Shown here: one piece after another, positions 63,117 through 64,000 of the stretch
How the letters are laid out: each line of letters begins with the position of its first letter
Numbering within the stretch: position 1 is the stretch's first letter
Assembly: GCA_043738015.1 (NCBI GenBank)
Contig: JAYSZM010000001.1
Location: forward strand, 17,809-81,808
Source of the DNA: Lysobacterales bacterium
GTDB lineage: Bacteria > Pseudomonadota > Gammaproteobacteria > Xanthomonadales > Ahniellaceae
Reading direction: 5' to 3'
Length of the DNA stretch: 64,000 nucleotides
The notes under the pieces: model-generated
Database searches by the model: none
What the model was told of the DNA's origin: nothing
The model's input: the letters and a program-made list of their open reading frames with translations, nothing else
Made by a program: the position numbers and the translations under genes

Positions 63117-64000
63117 CTAGTCCTCGCGGACCACGCGCAGGACCTCTTCGGTCGAGGTGATCCCGGCCAGGCAGCGGTCCCAGCCGTCGCGTGCAATTGA
63201 AGGCGTGCGTGTGCGCGCCAATTGTTCAAGTTCAGCCTCGCTGGCGCCATCGTGGATCAATCGACGCATGGCATCGTCGACCTGCACCAGTTCGTAGATG
63301 CCGGTGCGGCCCTTGTAGCCGGCGAATTTGCCGGTGAGTCCGGCCTTGGGTCGACGCAGTTGCGGCCGCTCACCGTGGCCACTGACCGCAAATGCCTTCA
63401 ACTCGGCGTCGCTGGCCGCATAGGATTCGCTCAGCGCCGGATCGAGCGTGCGCACCAGGCGCTGGGCCAGCACACCAATCAGCGACGACGACAGCAGAAA
63501 GGGTTCAACGCCCATATCGCGCAGACGCGTCACCGCGCCCACCGCTGAATTGGTGTGCAGGGTCGACAGCACCAGATGTCCGGTGAGCGAGGCCTGCACG
63601 GCAATTTGCGCGGTTTCCAGATCGCGGATTTCACCGACCATCACCACATCCGGGTCCTGGCGCAGGATCGCGCGCAGACCGCGGGCGAAAGTCATATCGA
63701 CCTTGGTATTGACCTGGGTCTGGCCGATGCCATCGAGGTAGTACTCGATCGGATCTTCTACGGTCAGGATATTGCGGCTGGTGTCATTGAGCCGGGTCAG
63801 GCCGGCATACAGCGTGGTGGTCTTGCCTGAGCCGGTCGGACCGGTGACCAGCAGGATGCCATGCGGTCGATGGATCATCTCGTTGACCGCTACCAGCATC
63901 TGCGGATTCATGCCGAGCTTGGAAAGATCGAGACGGCCGGCCTGTTTGTCGAGCAGTCGCAGTACCACACGTTCGCCATAGCCGGCGGGAATCGTCGACA
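63117..64000 (-). CDS. gspE: GspE-type secretion ATPase, C-terminal part (gene runs off the window)
   Basis: The frame stays open to position 64000 (...[18 protein letters not shown]...). Walker [11 protein letters not shown], Asp box, Walker [13 protein letters not shown], His box [12 protein letters not shown] and [11 protein letters not shown]. Confidence 0.9.
   Translation of the reverse strand, partial: STIPAGYGERVVLRLLDKQAGRLDLSKLGMNPQMLVAVNEMIHRPHGILLVTGPTGSGKTTTLYAGLTRLNDTSRNILTVEDPIEYYLDGIGQTQVNTKVDMTFARGLRAILRQDPDVVMVGEIRDLETAQIAVQASLTGHLVLSTLHTNSAVGAVTRLRDMGVEPFLLSSSLIGVLAQRLVRTLDPALSESYAASDAELKAFAVSGHGERPQLRRPKAGLTGKFAGYKGRTGIYELVQVDDAMRRLIHDGASEAELEQLARTRTPSIARDGWDRCLAGITSTEEVLRVVRED

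Noticed and set aside
63117-64000. Calling the ATPase PilB and linking it to the PilNOP-like trio
   Set aside because: It lies 25 kb away on a separate transcription unit. The VVLRLLDK and [11 protein letters not shown] context fits GspE at least as well as PilB. There is no evidence for a functional link.

Overview
High-GC (about 65% by eye) chromosomal window. Gene content looks gammaproteobacterial, Xanthomonadales/Nevskiales-like; that placement is an inference. I call about 55 protein-coding genes. I saw no rRNA, tRNA, CRISPR array, integrase or transposase. All family calls come from motifs read by eye in the supplied translations, with no database searches, so DUF-level names are recalled and tentative.

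Gene content, left to right:
- A translationally coupled desaturase/thioesterase/alcohol dehydrogenase/MFS operon plus an IclR regulator.
- A TonB-dependent receptor.
- A phosphorus-scavenging-looking set: a HAD-like lipoprotein, a choice-of-anchor-I lipoprotein, and a beta-propeller phytase paired with a second TonB receptor.
- A rhomboid protease.
- An mlaFEDC-mlaA operon with no mlaB.
- Several regulators (AraC x2, WYL/YafY) and small-molecule genes.
- NDH-2, then a PAP2-EptA (MCR-like) pair.
- A large M36 metalloprotease with a duplicated C-terminal domain.
- A beta-helix gene broken by an in-frame TAA.
- A rearranged-looking cassette at 36.9-41.4 kb, holding an orphan PilN/PilO/PilP-like trio and a lipoprotein, bounded by two diverged YjbR/MmcQ copies.
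- A 7TMR-DISM histidine kinase, a NarL-type response regulator and a 1226-aa protein with 14 FG-GAP repeats.
- A sulfide:quinone oxidoreductase.
- A second MCE/Mla-like transporter with a STAS-permease fusion.
- CHAD, an ECF sigma factor, a serine hydrolase, a PHP-type hydrolase, a BNR/Asp-box protein, DUF3297, and a partial GspE ATPase running off the window edge.

Most interesting non-genic signals:
- A conserved 160-200 nt element sits upstream of, and in the same sense as, both ndh and the FG-GAP gene. It has a long-range stem preserved through a G-U wobble.
- A second short repeat lies in direct orientation at the same two loci.
- An 8-copy heptanucleotide repeat lies in a promoter region.
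- At least two REP-like palindrome families are present.

Many long antisense ORFs in the track are GC-driven artefacts and were rejected.
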